From the NCBI GenBank assembly GCA_963693365.1, contig CAVNZM010000008.1, positions 3,129,572 through 3,193,571 on the forward strand: a stretch of 64,000 nucleotides of DNA, read 5' to 3'. The stretch is from Amoebidium appalachense (lineage: Eukaryota; Protista; Ichthyosporea). A model generated the notes under the pieces. It had not been told where the DNA came from and did no database searches. It saw only the letters and a program-made list of their open reading frames with translations. This document shows positions 1 to 17,458 of the stretch, one piece after another (the stretch's first letter is position 1; each line of letters begins with the position of its first letter). The position numbers and the translations under genes are program-made.

Positions 1-182
1 TAACCTTTTATGGTAGTGTTCGCGTGAGATGGGCAATATAGAGCGGCAGGCTCTACTGTGCTATCAAAACTTCTCTGGACAGGATACGAAGACAGTCAGA
101 CTTACACTTTTGTCAGGGTGTTCGCTTGTATACTACCTGATGGAACGGCATGCTCTACTGTGCTGCCACATCCGCGCACAAG

Positions 183-241
<59 letters not shown>

Positions 242-684
242 CCCCCCTCTCCCCCTCCCCCCCCTCCCCCCTTCCCCAACACACAGACGGACTAGAAAAA
301 TCACACAGAGAACCGCATCCACAGGCTAGACACCGACAGAGGCAAGCAAAACAACGAGCACACACATACACACCCCAAAAAATGGCACCTTCTTTCACCC
401 CTCAACACATGGGGTACACCCCTGGTCACGATTGGCTATTAATGTCACACCAAACGGAGCAAATAAAGAAACGAGTTTCTCTTCGTCCATTTGATCTTCT
501 TTTCAAAAAGGACCCAAATAATGCGAATCGGACGACAGGAGCCGTTTAAGGCTTCGCCGGCCAACAAAACCAAACTAAATACCACTAACGAATGGCAACA
601 CGCACCATTAAAGGCGAAAAACAACAATTACGCAAAAGATTATGTGATCTGCGATTACTGGTTTTAGGTATTTAGGCCACCCAC

Positions 685-5537
<4,853 letters not shown>

Positions 5538-6468
5538 CTGTAACAAATATCAATGATCGCCACCAGTCAAAGAGTTTTGATTGCTCTTTATTCACACGTG
5601 TGTGTGTACTCTCCTGTGTGTGTATGGGTGTTTTCTATATGTGCATGGGGGAGAGGAGAAGAGAGAGGCGGGCGGGCCGGGGGGGAGGGGCGGGGGAGAG
5701 GGTGAGTGGTGGGTTTTTCAGCAACTTTGTCACTGTGTTTCTCCTGAGAGAGACGTTGAGCTCAACGCGCGTGCGCGTGTTTGCAATTGACGCCATGGTC
5801 TATGTCGTGCGAAACGATCGAATGCACGGAGCAAAGCAGACACGCCACACCGTATATCATCAACCTTAAGGGAAAACATCAATTAGCAATAGCAGGTCCG
5901 AATCCGTTTGGAGAGTTTTAGGCCTTTTGCATGTATGTGTAACATAGTGTACTGACGGGCACCCCTCTCCTCTACTCTCTCGATCCAGCCAATGCTTCCA
6001 TGCTGTGGTGTAACATTCGGCTTGTCTGGAAGCAAGGTAGGTGGTGATTCAGGCTCCTTGTAGTTCTTCTTTGAACGGAAAGGACGTGGGAGTAACCCAT
6101 CTGTTTGCCGTGCGCCAACTACCAACTCAACTTCATACCACAAGAAAAAATCTTTTTCTACGTGACAACGAGAGACTGTCCGTCATTAAAAGTAGGGCGG
6201 AAAAACCTACGTAGCGAGTGAAATTCACGCCAACAGCACAGCCAGTTAGACAAGCAGCCAGTAACCACCCAAACATGTTGAACTCATTTACGGTTCACTC
6301 TGGGTATTACGGTTCACTCTGGGTATCATCCGCACACGGTGATGGAGGCGTTACTCCGTCGAGTCTGTTCTCGGCGGCTCGTCTGATTAGAGTCTTTTGA
6401 AGGTTGCACCCTCGTTTCCCAAGCCCCCCCCCCCCCCCCCCCCCCGCCCAAAAATTTCGAGGTGGGAA

Positions 6469-6502
<34 letters not shown>

Positions 6503-6509
6503 TTTTTTT

Positions 6510-6540
<31 letters not shown>

Positions 6541-7097
6541 GGGGGGAGGGGGGGGGGGGGGAATCCGAGTCTGCAGTGTGCTTGCCATTAATTTACGGTG
6601 TCATTATTAATAAAACAGCTGCAGCATGTGAAAGTGACCTGCAATCACTTCTACACATTATTATTATGGTATTTTGACTACGTAATGATATCATAGGTAT
6701 TAAAAAGGCGAATGTCGCATGCATGGATGTATACGTAGTGTGTGCTTGACGTGTATGTGGTTGCGTGTGTGCATGTTCATGTGTGTGTGCCGTGTGTGTG
6801 CATTGAATGTGACAGCATACTCTACATACACCGTGACATTACAGTTAAACTGTAAGTAACATTACAATCATAAACTACCACTCTGACATGCTGAACATTA
6901 CTGGAAGTTAAATGTTACAACTAACACCTAACAAACTGATTCTTAAGTTACTGTATTGACTAAGTCTTGGCATCATGATGCCAAATCCCATACTAATCGA
7001 ACCTACTAGACATGCCCTACGTTTGCCACCTGACCCCAAAGCAGCTGGCAGCCACAATAACAATTAGAAAAATAAAAAACTACGTGGAGGGATTGGC

Positions 7098-9591
7098 TCA
7101 CTTCCACCTATTATCCGTGACACTAAAACTGAGCAGGCGGATGCCAAAAGCGGTGACCAGAGCATACAACATGGCCTTGCACCTACAGCATTGCATGTAA
7201 GTATGACACAGATGGGGAGGGATTGCTAAAGTCAGTTGACAGACGCTACATTGTGCACTGGCTATCGTGCTCGGGTATGTGTGATAATAACTGGGGTGGA
7301 ACGCTTGCGGATGGTGCGGGTGCTGGCTAGGGGGAATCACCCCAGACTGTTGGGTGCTTTGGAATTCATCCGCCGAATCGGTTGACGAACTGGTGGGATC
7401 ATGCTCCTGAGGGGCAACACCTGTGTTGGTGCTTGCACGTGAAAGGCCGCTGGGCTTGGCCTTCTTTGACGGGGCAGTCTGTGAATTACTCTGTGACTTC
7501 AGCCCACGTTTCGTGTTTCGTGCTCTCTCGCTTGCTTTCTCCGTAACTGTCCTAGCAGCGGCTTCCTTAGCCCTCGCGATTTCCTCCCTCACCTCGGCGG
7601 CCACCTGACTACGCAAACGTCTTTCCTTCTCAATGTGTTCTATTTTTGACTTGATTTGTTTCAATGTTTTGGAAAGGATGGCATCCAGCCCCACACCCTC
7701 CTCGTTGCCCTCCAATGCTGCATGGTAATGTGCAAATATGTCCTCCTCTGTTGCCGGCAACTTTTGTTCCGCAAGCGAAATAACAATACTTTCAATCAAC
7801 GCGGTCTCCGCATCCGACCATCTACCCGAACGTACCTCCTCGCCCACAGACAACACATAATACTCCAAACCATTCTGATCTGTGGTTCGTGTTTGCGTGA
7901 ATCGTGCGCGCCGCCTTTGCGTTGGAACCGTGGCAGTGGCCTTGCCCCTGGTGGCTGTTGTGTTGGCCGTATGGGTGGTGTTGGACCCATCACCACTTCT
8001 CAGGGAAAGGTTCCCCCCTTCGCCGGATAAATGCAGCTGCATGGTAGACGGGCGACCTGGACGGTTTGGCTCTGGCCGCTGTCCATGACTGCATGTGTAT
8101 GTGCGTTTGTGTGTGCGTGTGAATGCGCGTGCACGTGTACACATGTGTGTTTGTGTGTGCGTGCGCACACGTGCTCTGTGGGTGCGTGCGTGCGTGGATT
8201 CGTGCACCTGTGCATCTATCCACACACGTGTATGCATGGACCATGATGCGCGGATGCATTGTGTGTGTGTGTGTGTGTGTGTGTTGGGGGGGGGGGGGGG
8301 GGGGGGGGAGGGGGCTGTGTGTGTGCGTGCACACGTGCATGCGTGTGTGTGTTTAAGTTTGTGTATGGTGTGCGGGTGTGCAGGTGGTGAGCAGTGGGGA
8401 AGGTGGGGGGGGAGGAGGAGGGGTTAGACATCATGAAACGACGGATACAGGAGGGGGAGGGGGATTGGGAGAGGGGGCTTTTCTTTCCCCTCCCGGGGGG
8501 GGGGGGGGGGGGGAGAGAGGGGGAAAGGGGGGGGGGGGGGGGGGGAATAAAGAGAGGGACAAGCAGAAATACCTGGATTTGGCCAAGTTAAGGTTTCGAT
8601 TATAAAGTACCAAGTGTGGGCAAATAGAGGATGCAAAAGAAGAAAAGTAGCAAATGCATATCATACGGCTCACCTGTTGCCACAATTCTCACACCTGCAT
8701 GCCTGGGTGCATGCCCGCTTGTTCTTTGCGCATATGCAACGCTCATGCCCATCGTATGCCTGCACTTTTCCCCCGCCGTTCTTAAAACCACAAAAAAAAC
8801 GTGTTCTATCCTTACTGTTTCTATTACAGCTGCAGCCCTTGGCGGGCAACCCACCGAACGTGTCAGTTGTGTTAGCGTTAGACGCCAACTCCGTCGAGTT
8901 TTCCGTGTCAACTGAGTGTGATGTCTGTGTTTGGTTGTTGTCCGAGATTTTGTTCGCATGCGACAAGCGAGGTATTACCACTGAGTAATGATCTGCTGCA
9001 CCGTTAAGTGATACGGGTATGGCAATGTTGGGTTCGATGACGGTGGGTGGAGTGACCGCAACTACACCGTGATTGGCAATCGTGCTAAAAATGGTTATTG
9101 GTATGCGGAGTGCGTTGGCTAAGCCCAGCACCATCGCGTCACCGGCTGCAGAAGCAAAATGGGCGCGCCGAGGACAGCGGAAATCATCAGCTACGTATGC
9201 GAGGGTCACCCTTGAAAGGAATCCTTGGTATTCTGCTAGATTTCGCCGCCATTCGTTTACCATTAGTTCGCGTAGCCGTCCAATCGCCTCTATAGGCTCC
9301 ATATTAGCTGTAAACCCCAATGTGTTGAGGTGTTCACGGGTAGCTACATGACCGCTTTGTAGATACTGATTGATATAATGCCACACCGAATGAAACAAAC
9401 AGTTGCCGTCAGCGGGTGTTTCCATAAGCTCCATTCTCCAGGCACCCAGAATTTGAAGAAGGCGTTGTTGCTGGACCTCAGGTGGCCCGGATATGTCCCT
9501 GTGTTGCACATCACAAGGAAGAATAAGCAAAGACAAGAAGTGGGAGGGTGACGTAGGGCAGTGGTGGTGGGGTGGGTGACAGTGGGGTGGG

Positions 9592-9622
<31 letters not shown>

Positions 9623-9732
9623 AGGGGGAAGAGAGAGAAAGACAGATTATGGGGAAGGCGGAAAGGCCGAGGAGCAGAACAAGGGAAACCTTGGCGTGTG
9701 TGTGTGTGTGTGCGTGTGTGGGTGGGTCGGGG

Positions 9733-9780
<48 letters not shown>

Positions 9781-9984
9781 TTAGATTATTAACAATTCTA
9801 TAAGTGAATAAGAGTGTGTGCGCTCGTGGCTGCGAGGGAGGGTGCATGCGTGCATGCATGGGTGCGTTCGTGTGTGCAGGTGTGTGAAAGGGGAGGGGTG
9901 TGTGTGTGGGGGGGGGAGGGGGTTAGGCACTCTGAAGGGGGCCGGGCAGGTGTAAGGGAGTACTGATGAAGGAGGGGCTATGAA

Positions 9985-10016
<32 letters not shown>

Positions 10017-10834
10017 AGATGCAGATGCTTTCAAATAGGTGGAAGAGAAGCAGGGAGCTTCCAAAAAGGTAGGATGGAAGATATAGGTATACTATTAGAG
10101 AATAATGAGAATTAGGGGAGGTAAGAGGTAATGGAGGACTTGAAAAGGAGGGACGAATGGGCAGAGGCCCTCCTGAGGGGGAGAGGGGGGGGGGGGGAGG
10201 GGAACAGGACAGGCATAATAAGTGGGCCTGGGGAGGCAGGTTGTCTGACAAAAAACTGGTGTCACTTGGGTTGGAAGGAGAGATGGATTGATACGTGCAA
10301 GGAAGTAAGGAGGTGGAGCAGTTGGGAGGAAGAATTGTGGGAAGGAGGAGAGGGGGAGGGGGATGCAGAAAAGGGGGCGGGGGGGGGGGGGAGGGGGGGG
10401 GGAGGGGAAAGGGGGATGGGGGAAAGGGGAGGAGGCCCTGCAGGGAAAGGGGGGGGAGAGGCGAGAGGGAGGAGCGGGGGGGCGTTGGAGGGGAAGGGGG
10501 GGGGGGGGGGGGGGGGGGTTCGGCAGGAAGCACCTGGCAAGCTGTATGTCTGCTGCCACGGCCTCGTCAAAGAACACTAGAGTGAAGAGCAGATGATCCG
10601 GGTCCTGTGCTGCTAAAGCAAACCCTTCGGAGCTGTGCACAGACCCAATCAGCTTGCGCATCGCACGCCGGGCGTTAAGCTTGCGGCCTGCTAGGCGCAC
10701 ACATGTTGACACGTTGAATGAACCGGGGCTCTCGTCACTTGACCCCTCATCGTCATCGTCAGAGCCATCACTGTCGAAAGACCCAACCTCCATACCACAC
10801 TCAGGCAAGGAACGGTTGCCATTATTGCCATAAG
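7098..10834 (-). CDS. OTU-like cysteine protease + TCR/CXC Cys-rich domain + Myb/SANT-like helix + C4 zinc finger protein. Exons 10834-10534, 9498-8674, 8088-7098 (about 705 aa, open)
   Basis: Phase-2 junctions QLA-R|DISG and CENCGN-S|HGQRP keep the frame open. OTU motifs PADGNCLFHSV and ADHYSVV; CXC motif GCSC...C...RCICAKNKRACTQACRCENCGN; GRWSDAETALI Myb-like start; C-terminal CSVC-x15-CCRC. Confidence 0.8.
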
Positions 10835-10963
10835 CTGCAGAGTGAACACAAAGACAGGGTGAGAGAATAGCTGGTCAATGGTTGCCAGGTCTATAAAGAA
10901 CCCACTCCCAACCGAATCCCCCATCCAACCCCCCCCCCCCCCCCCCCCCCACACACACACACA

Positions 10964-10994
<31 letters not shown>

Positions 10995-11371
10995 CACCGC
11001 CCACACCCTCCCCACCCCCCTCTTGCTCTCGGCCCCCCCCCCCTGCCTAATTCTCCACTTCCCCCTTCTCCCTCTCCGTCCCACCCTCCCGCCCTTCCTC
11101 TTTACCGACTGCCCTCCTCTCTTTGCCCCTCTCTTTCTGTCTTTTCCGCCATCCCTCCCTCTACCCTTTCTCCCCCTCCCTCCTTCCCTCCAACCCTCCC
11201 ACCCACCCATCCTTCCCTCCCTTTCTCCCTACCCTGACCTCTCCCCCTTCCCCCCCTCCCCTGTCTTTAACATACACACACAGGCACACACATACACGCC
11301 CCCCCCCCCCCCCCCCCCCCTCTCCCCCTTCTCTGTACCCACCCACCCACCCACCCACATTACACACACAA

Positions 11372-11420
<49 letters not shown>

Positions 11421-11659
11421 CAACACACACACACACTCACTACACACACACAGGCACATACACACACAGACAAGCACACACCCACAGGCATACACCGTGA
11501 CACACAGAAACTCTCTACCCACTATCCTGTACTGCCTCTTGACTAATTGTATGCTTAAAGGGGAAGGGAGGGAAGGGGGAAAAGCGGAGGAGTGGGCTTT
11601 AAGTGGGTACACTGCACAGAATGGTCACACAAAACATATGGAACACGTTGCCACACATA

Positions 11660-12560
11660 CCCTATCGGGTGATAGCAACATATAAGAGGCAAGCCAAAGC
11701 AGAAAAGGCAGCATGCCATGCCAAACAGATCATGGGAGAGGCACAAAGGTCCATAAGATTAAGTGCAAGGGAAGGCCTGAGCGGTGAAGGCATTGGTATC
11801 CACAAGATGCAAAAGGACACACCTAACGTATTACATAAAAAACAACTTCTAAAACGGAGGAACCACCTGTAAGGCCCAGAACAGAGAGACAGGGGAGGGG
11901 AGAGAAAAAGTGGAAAAGAGGCAGGGGGTGGTGGGGAGAGAGGGGGGGAGGGGGGGGGGGGGGGGGAAGGGGGGGGAGATCACCTGATGGACTCCCTCCG
12001 CTGTAGATGCATCTATCCGGCCGCCATGACGGGTTTGATGCCACACCCAATCCCTGAGGAAGGGCTGGGGAGGGCACGTGCCAGCTTCGACAGAGTCCTC
12101 ATGATCCGCTATGCAATAATCAATGTACCGTGCAACGAATGGCTGTTCCAGCTTGGCATGATCTTTAGACCAAGATTTGTTTTCCTTAATGACTTTTTTG
12201 TTCACCCCATCTGGGTTGTTTGTTGAACCCGCTGCAGCCAAAAGACAAAAGGCGAGGATAACATGAACGAGAATCCTCAGCAAAGCCCAATGGCCTTGCC
12301 CACGTCCAATGCGGACGCGAGCATGTTTGTAACCCATGCTCACACAAAATATGTACTGTCAGTTATGATCGAGCATTAAAGGGTGTTGTCTGTTTTTATT
12401 ATTTTTATATGAGCCTACTGCAATATGATAAGGATGCTAGCGCTGTGTCACACCTGTCAACTGCCAGTCCAGGCTGTGACTGCCCGTTCAAGTACGCCAC
12501 CACCTGCACGTGGTTGACGTGGTCTTGCTTAGCCCGCCTTTCGAGTTTATTCCTCGAATC
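11660..12560 (-). pseudogene. Degenerate upstream exons of the OTU-CXC gene, possibly a transposase remnant
   Basis: Coding-like exon 12343-11984 (...WVWHQTRHGGRIDASTAEGVHQ, donor CAG|GTGATC) is followed by an acceptor at 11867, but the next exon has stops in the expected phase. STAEGVH resembles the TN-x-x-E-x-x-H end of Mutator-type DDE domains (weak). Confidence 0.4.
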
Positions 12561-12654
12561 AGACGCCACCAACGATGAGCCACAAAAACGGGTCAGAAAA
12601 CGGGTCAGGAACGATTCGAGCTGATTCGACCCATAATAGTTCGAACCGACCCAT

Positions 12655-12861
12655 TTATGCCCCAAATAAATTTGGCACCAAATAATTTGGCACGAACCTG
12701 GTGACGTAAAATGTGGCACGAATTTATTTGGCACCAGCCCGCTAGCGGAGCACATCCAGGGGTATCCCCAAGCTCCTGTCGGTGCCTGGGCGACATCCTG
12801 CCCCATTTTCACCGTTTTGCAGGCTCGTGCCAAATAAATTTCGTGCCAAATATTACGTCAC
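12655..12861. repeat. Array of (T)TTGGCAC motifs containing a ~40-bp imperfect inverted repeat (12701-12739 / 12822-12861)
   Basis: gtgacgtaaaatgtggcacgaatttatttggcaccagcc versus the reverse complement of ggctcgtgccaaataaatttcgtgccaaatattacgtcac; further copies at 12671 and 12686. Confidence 0.85.
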
Positions 12862-13284
12862 ACCCTAGGAGCTTGGGAATTGAGGGTAGCACCTTTGAAG
12901 CCTTTTGAACCTTTTTCGCCCGATGACGAGTCGACGACTTTGAGTTTACAAGCTTGTTGCGTAAAGGATTGTCCAATAAAAGCATCTTAACTGCTCTATT
13001 CCACATACCTCAGTGATAAAATATTCGAATAGATGCTTTGCGTAAATAAACAACCAATCAAGCCGATGTAAGCAATCTGGTACTGGTAAACAAATCCCTG
13101 TAAAAAGCCCAGTTACAATACATAGTCACACCTGCCGTCATGTTAGACATGCATGGATCAGAGTTGAGCAACGGTGGCACCGTCACACCGGTACCGTATT
13201 TACAGTGTTCACCGTGTGCCAAGTCTCCCTCCGCCCGTCGCCTTAGAATTCTTTCGCTTTCGCTTTCTCCAAGAGCGCTAGCAT

Positions 13285-13915
<631 letters not shown>

Positions 13916-14076
13916 GAGGTGTGTGTGTGTGTGTGTGTGCGTGTGTGCGTGTGTGTGCGTGTGTGTGTGTGGCGAGTGTGTGTGTGTGTATTGTGTGTGG
14001 TCCAGTCGGCAAGAATGAACTTGGGCGACTTCGAGATGTTGTTTTGGTCAGTGACCGTACATGCTACTCTTTTCTT

Positions 14077-14125
<49 letters not shown>

Positions 14126-14136
14126 AGGAACGGGGG

Positions 14137-14560
14137 TTGTAGGTAGTCCCTGGGATTTTCTGGTGCGGGTTTCCTTGTGGTTGGGTTCTTTTTTGATTCC
14201 TTTTCCCCGCGGTCGTGTTTTCTTTTGATTCCTGTTCCCCTTGTGTTGCTAAAGTAGTAGTCGCTATATGTGATTCCTTTTCCAGCCGGCAGGGTGTTGT
14301 GTTTTCTTTTTTTTTTTTACCTTTTCCCTTGTGTTGTGTTTCCTTTGATTCCTCTTCCCACGGCCCGTCAAAGTCTCTTTTGACTCCCTTTTCCAGTGTG
14401 TCGTGTTTCTTTTTATTCCTTTGCTGCTTTCAAAGTTTTTCCTCTCCGCGTGTTTGTGTTTTCCTTTGTTTCCTTGCTTCACTAGTGTTTGGGCTGGAGG
14501 TTTTAGTACGCACATGAACATAGGTGGAGGATCGGTAATTGGTTTTTCTTCTTCTCCCTC
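14137..14560. repeat. Dispersed repeat family C, copy 2
   Basis: Same-orientation similarity to 3853-4100. Confidence 0.75.
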
Positions 14561-16282
14561 TTCCTCCTTTTCTTTTCTTTTCTTCAAGGCTTTTCTGGGG
14601 GGGGGGCGGTTGGGGGCGGGGGGGCGGGGGGAGGGGGGTGTCACGGGGGGGAAGGGGGGGAGGGGGGAAGGGGGGGGGGGGGGGGGGGGGAAGCGAAGAT
14701 AGTGGGGGAGTGCCTGTGTTTGTGCTTGTGTGTATGTGTGTGTGTGTGTGGTTTCTCTCTCTCTCTCTCCCCCCCTCCCCCCCCCCCCCCCCTCTCTCTC
14801 TCTCTCTCTTTCTCTCTCTGTGTGTGTGCTGTGTGTGTGCACACGCACACGACGTGTGCATGAATGTGTGCATGTGTGTGTGCGAGTGTGCCTGCGAGTT
14901 TGCGCGTGTATGCATAGCCATACTTGCGTGTGTGCCAGTGGCTGCGTATGGGTGTAATGCCATCAGCGGGTGGGCGTGAGTGTGGGCTGCGTGGTGTGCA
15001 CGTGTGCATACCTATGCATGTGCACATGTTCAGAGAGTGTCACAGTGTGTTGACACGATGGCATGCGTTTGTTGTGTTACTTTGCGTCTGTATGCTCAAT
15101 GGATGTTGTTCATGCGCACCAAATCGAAGGTGGGTTTTTGCTTGTACAGGTACAATCGGTGTACACCTGCATGTCGACTGATGTCCCCCCTCCCCCCCCC
15201 CCCCCCCCCCCCCTCCCCACCCACCCATCAACCCACCCCAACCTCCCCCTCTCCCCCAAAAGGCCCTGACCAGGCTCTTGACAGTGTGTGTGCGCATTAC
15301 TCGTGAGTGTGTGTGCGTGAGCGCACCTGTGTGTGTGCGGGTGCGTAAGTGTGTCTGCATACATGTTTGTGTGCACATGTGTGCGTGTGTACGTGCGCGC
15401 GCGCGCGTGTGTGTGTGTGTGTGCGTGTGTGTGTGTGTCTGTGTGTAAGTGTGTAAATAAGTGTGCCACATGTATGTAAGTGCGCATATGAGTTAGTGTG
15501 TCTGAGCAAAGGTGTGTGTGTGCGCACGGGTTGTGTGTCGGTGGTTTTCCAACTGTGCTGCCACGGTTTACGTGCCTTTGTTATGACCTGTGATGATGTA
15601 TGTGTTTCTTTTTGGGTTGGTGCTACAACGTCTTAAGACTCTATCATTTCCACAGCGAGTGTGTGTGTTACCTAGTGTCAACGTGTGCGTAAGACGGAGG
15701 TTTTACTATAGGTTTAACTTATTAGTATATCAATGCACTCACTTGGTCACGAAGTTTCAATCACCATGAAATATGAATCACTGCAAACAGCACAACTGTT
15801 TGCTTGGTTTTAAACATGATAGTACAGCCGACGGGTTTGTAACGGTGGATGTATTAAAATGTGTGTTTGTGTAACACAGTCAGCACAGTGTTTCGGTCAC
15901 AACCTGTGAATGAGTGAGTGAGTGAGTGAGTGAGTGACTAGTGTGTGTGTGTGTGTGCGCGCGCGCGCCTGTGTGTGTGCGTGCGTGCGGGTGTTGAGTG
16001 CGTGTGAGTACGCGGGCGAGAGGGGGGGGGGGAAGGGGGGGGGGGGAGAGCGTGTGTGTGTGTGTGTGTGACTGTGTAAAGTGTGTGTGTCTGGTCATTC
16101 ACGTGGTGCATGGGCATTGGCCAAATGTCCATATACGCTTAACACTATATCGGATAGGCTAGAATTATCCTAATTTATTGAGAAACATACTCTTGAATTA
16201 TCCGGGCAAAGTCTGCTATGGGTTGTACACGCCTGTTACATGTGGACATAATGCACACGGAGAGAATTGAAAACTAAATTCA

Positions 16283-17458
16283 CTAAGTATAGAGAATAGC
16301 CTTCAGCTCATATCGTGTCTGCACAAAATGACACCACAGGTTATCCAAACACGCATACGTTACAGTGGCCCTCGATATAGCCGCCCAACCACAAATGAAG
16401 TTGATTATTGACCTAGGGCTATTGTAGTTGTGAATACTCAGAGATATGTTCAGTAGTGCATAAAATGCTATCACCCGTGCGTTACAATAGACATCTCCAT
16501 ATTGAACATGCCCAGGGTGTGTTTTTGCAATGCAATATGTAGCCCATGTTAGGTAAATAGGCACAATCACCCACACAGTACTTTGTCCCCACATGCTTTT
16601 ATCCCCCGTCAGGTTGTATTGAAACCTCCACACCGTCGTTCCAACACACGCAAGAAACGCGACGAAAACGTGGATGGGAAAGGTGAGCATGTAATGCTTT
16701 CCGTGAAACCCGCGGTAGGATTCACTGATGAACAGAAGCCGCTGGACCATGGCGCCCAGGAAGAAACACGAAGAAAACACATTCAAAACGACGAATGCAT
16801 AAAGAATGTTGGTCAATTTTGCCTCCTCTGCACGCATTTCATCCACTGCTGTAAGGTCAGTAGCGGGCGGGAAGTCCGTAAATTGAAGCATGAATGCCGC
16901 GGTCATAACCGTAGAGAAAATCAACGTCAGGGCGCCGGACAGGAAAAAGTGAACCTGGAATTGTCTCCCGCGGGTTATCAATGCTTTTAAATTCCGGAAG
17001 AAGATAGCGAAAAACACCACCACGATGAAGATGAAATAGTGTATGCAGCTGCAAATGAGCTGGTACTCCCAAATAATCTCGCTCCTCTCTTTGGCAAACA
17101 GAAACATCTTCACAAACGCAACGTACCGCTTCAGAAGTGCCTGCATCGCTGGAAGTGTTGCTGTGGAACTAGCCGGTATTTGTTCGAACCTGTTGTATGC
17201 CTCGACCAAGCTGTTTCCTGCCTCGCTCACCAAAAGAACCGGAGCTTCACTTTCAGTGTAGATTGAGAGACCCATGATGACTGCCTCCATGAAGAGTACT
17301 GCAAAGGCAAAGAGGGCGGCTGCTAGCCATGTGTGCCTGTGGTATATGGCCAGCTGCTCCGCTGATGTAACCGAAAGCTTACTGCTAACCTGGGCCGGGG
17401 CGAAACCCACATCTGAACCTGGGCCTAATTTGCCCATTTTTGCTGAAGTTACACCCAC
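16283..17458 (-). CDS. Intronless multi-pass membrane protein (391 aa, about 7-8 TM), unknown family
   Basis: Long ORF of non-repetitive sequence with regularly spaced hydrophobic segments, e.g. WLAAALFAFAVLFMEAVIMGLSIY, YFIFIVVVFFAIFF, ILYAFVVLNVFSSCFFLGAMV, TVWVIVPIYLTWATYCIA. Confidence 0.8.
   Translation of the reverse strand: MGVTSAKMGKLGPGSDVGFAPAQVSSKLSVTSAEQLAIYHRHTWLAAALFAFAVLFMEAVIMGLSIYTESEAPVLLVSEAGNSLVEAYNRFEQIPASSTATLPAMQALLKRYVAFVKMFLFAKERSEIIWEYQLICSCIHYFIFIVVVFFAIFFRNLKALITRGRQFQVHFFLSGALTLIFSTVMTAAFMLQFTDFPPATDLTAVDEMRAEEAKLTNILYAFVVLNVFSSCFFLGAMVQRLLFISESYRGFHGKHYMLTFPIHVFVAFLACVGTTVWRFQYNLTGDKSMWGQSTVWVIVPIYLTWATYCIAKTHPGHVQYGDVYCNARVIAFYALLNISLSIHNYNSPRSIINFICGWAAISRATVTYACLDNLWCHFVQTRYELKAILYT

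Noticed and set aside
5883-6143. 86-aa minus-strand ORF as the first exon of the glycosyltransferase
   Set aside because: It ends in a stop with no phase-compatible donor and has no recognisable motif. A short MTDSLSLSRRKRFFLV exon near 6186-6139 is possible but could not be linked.
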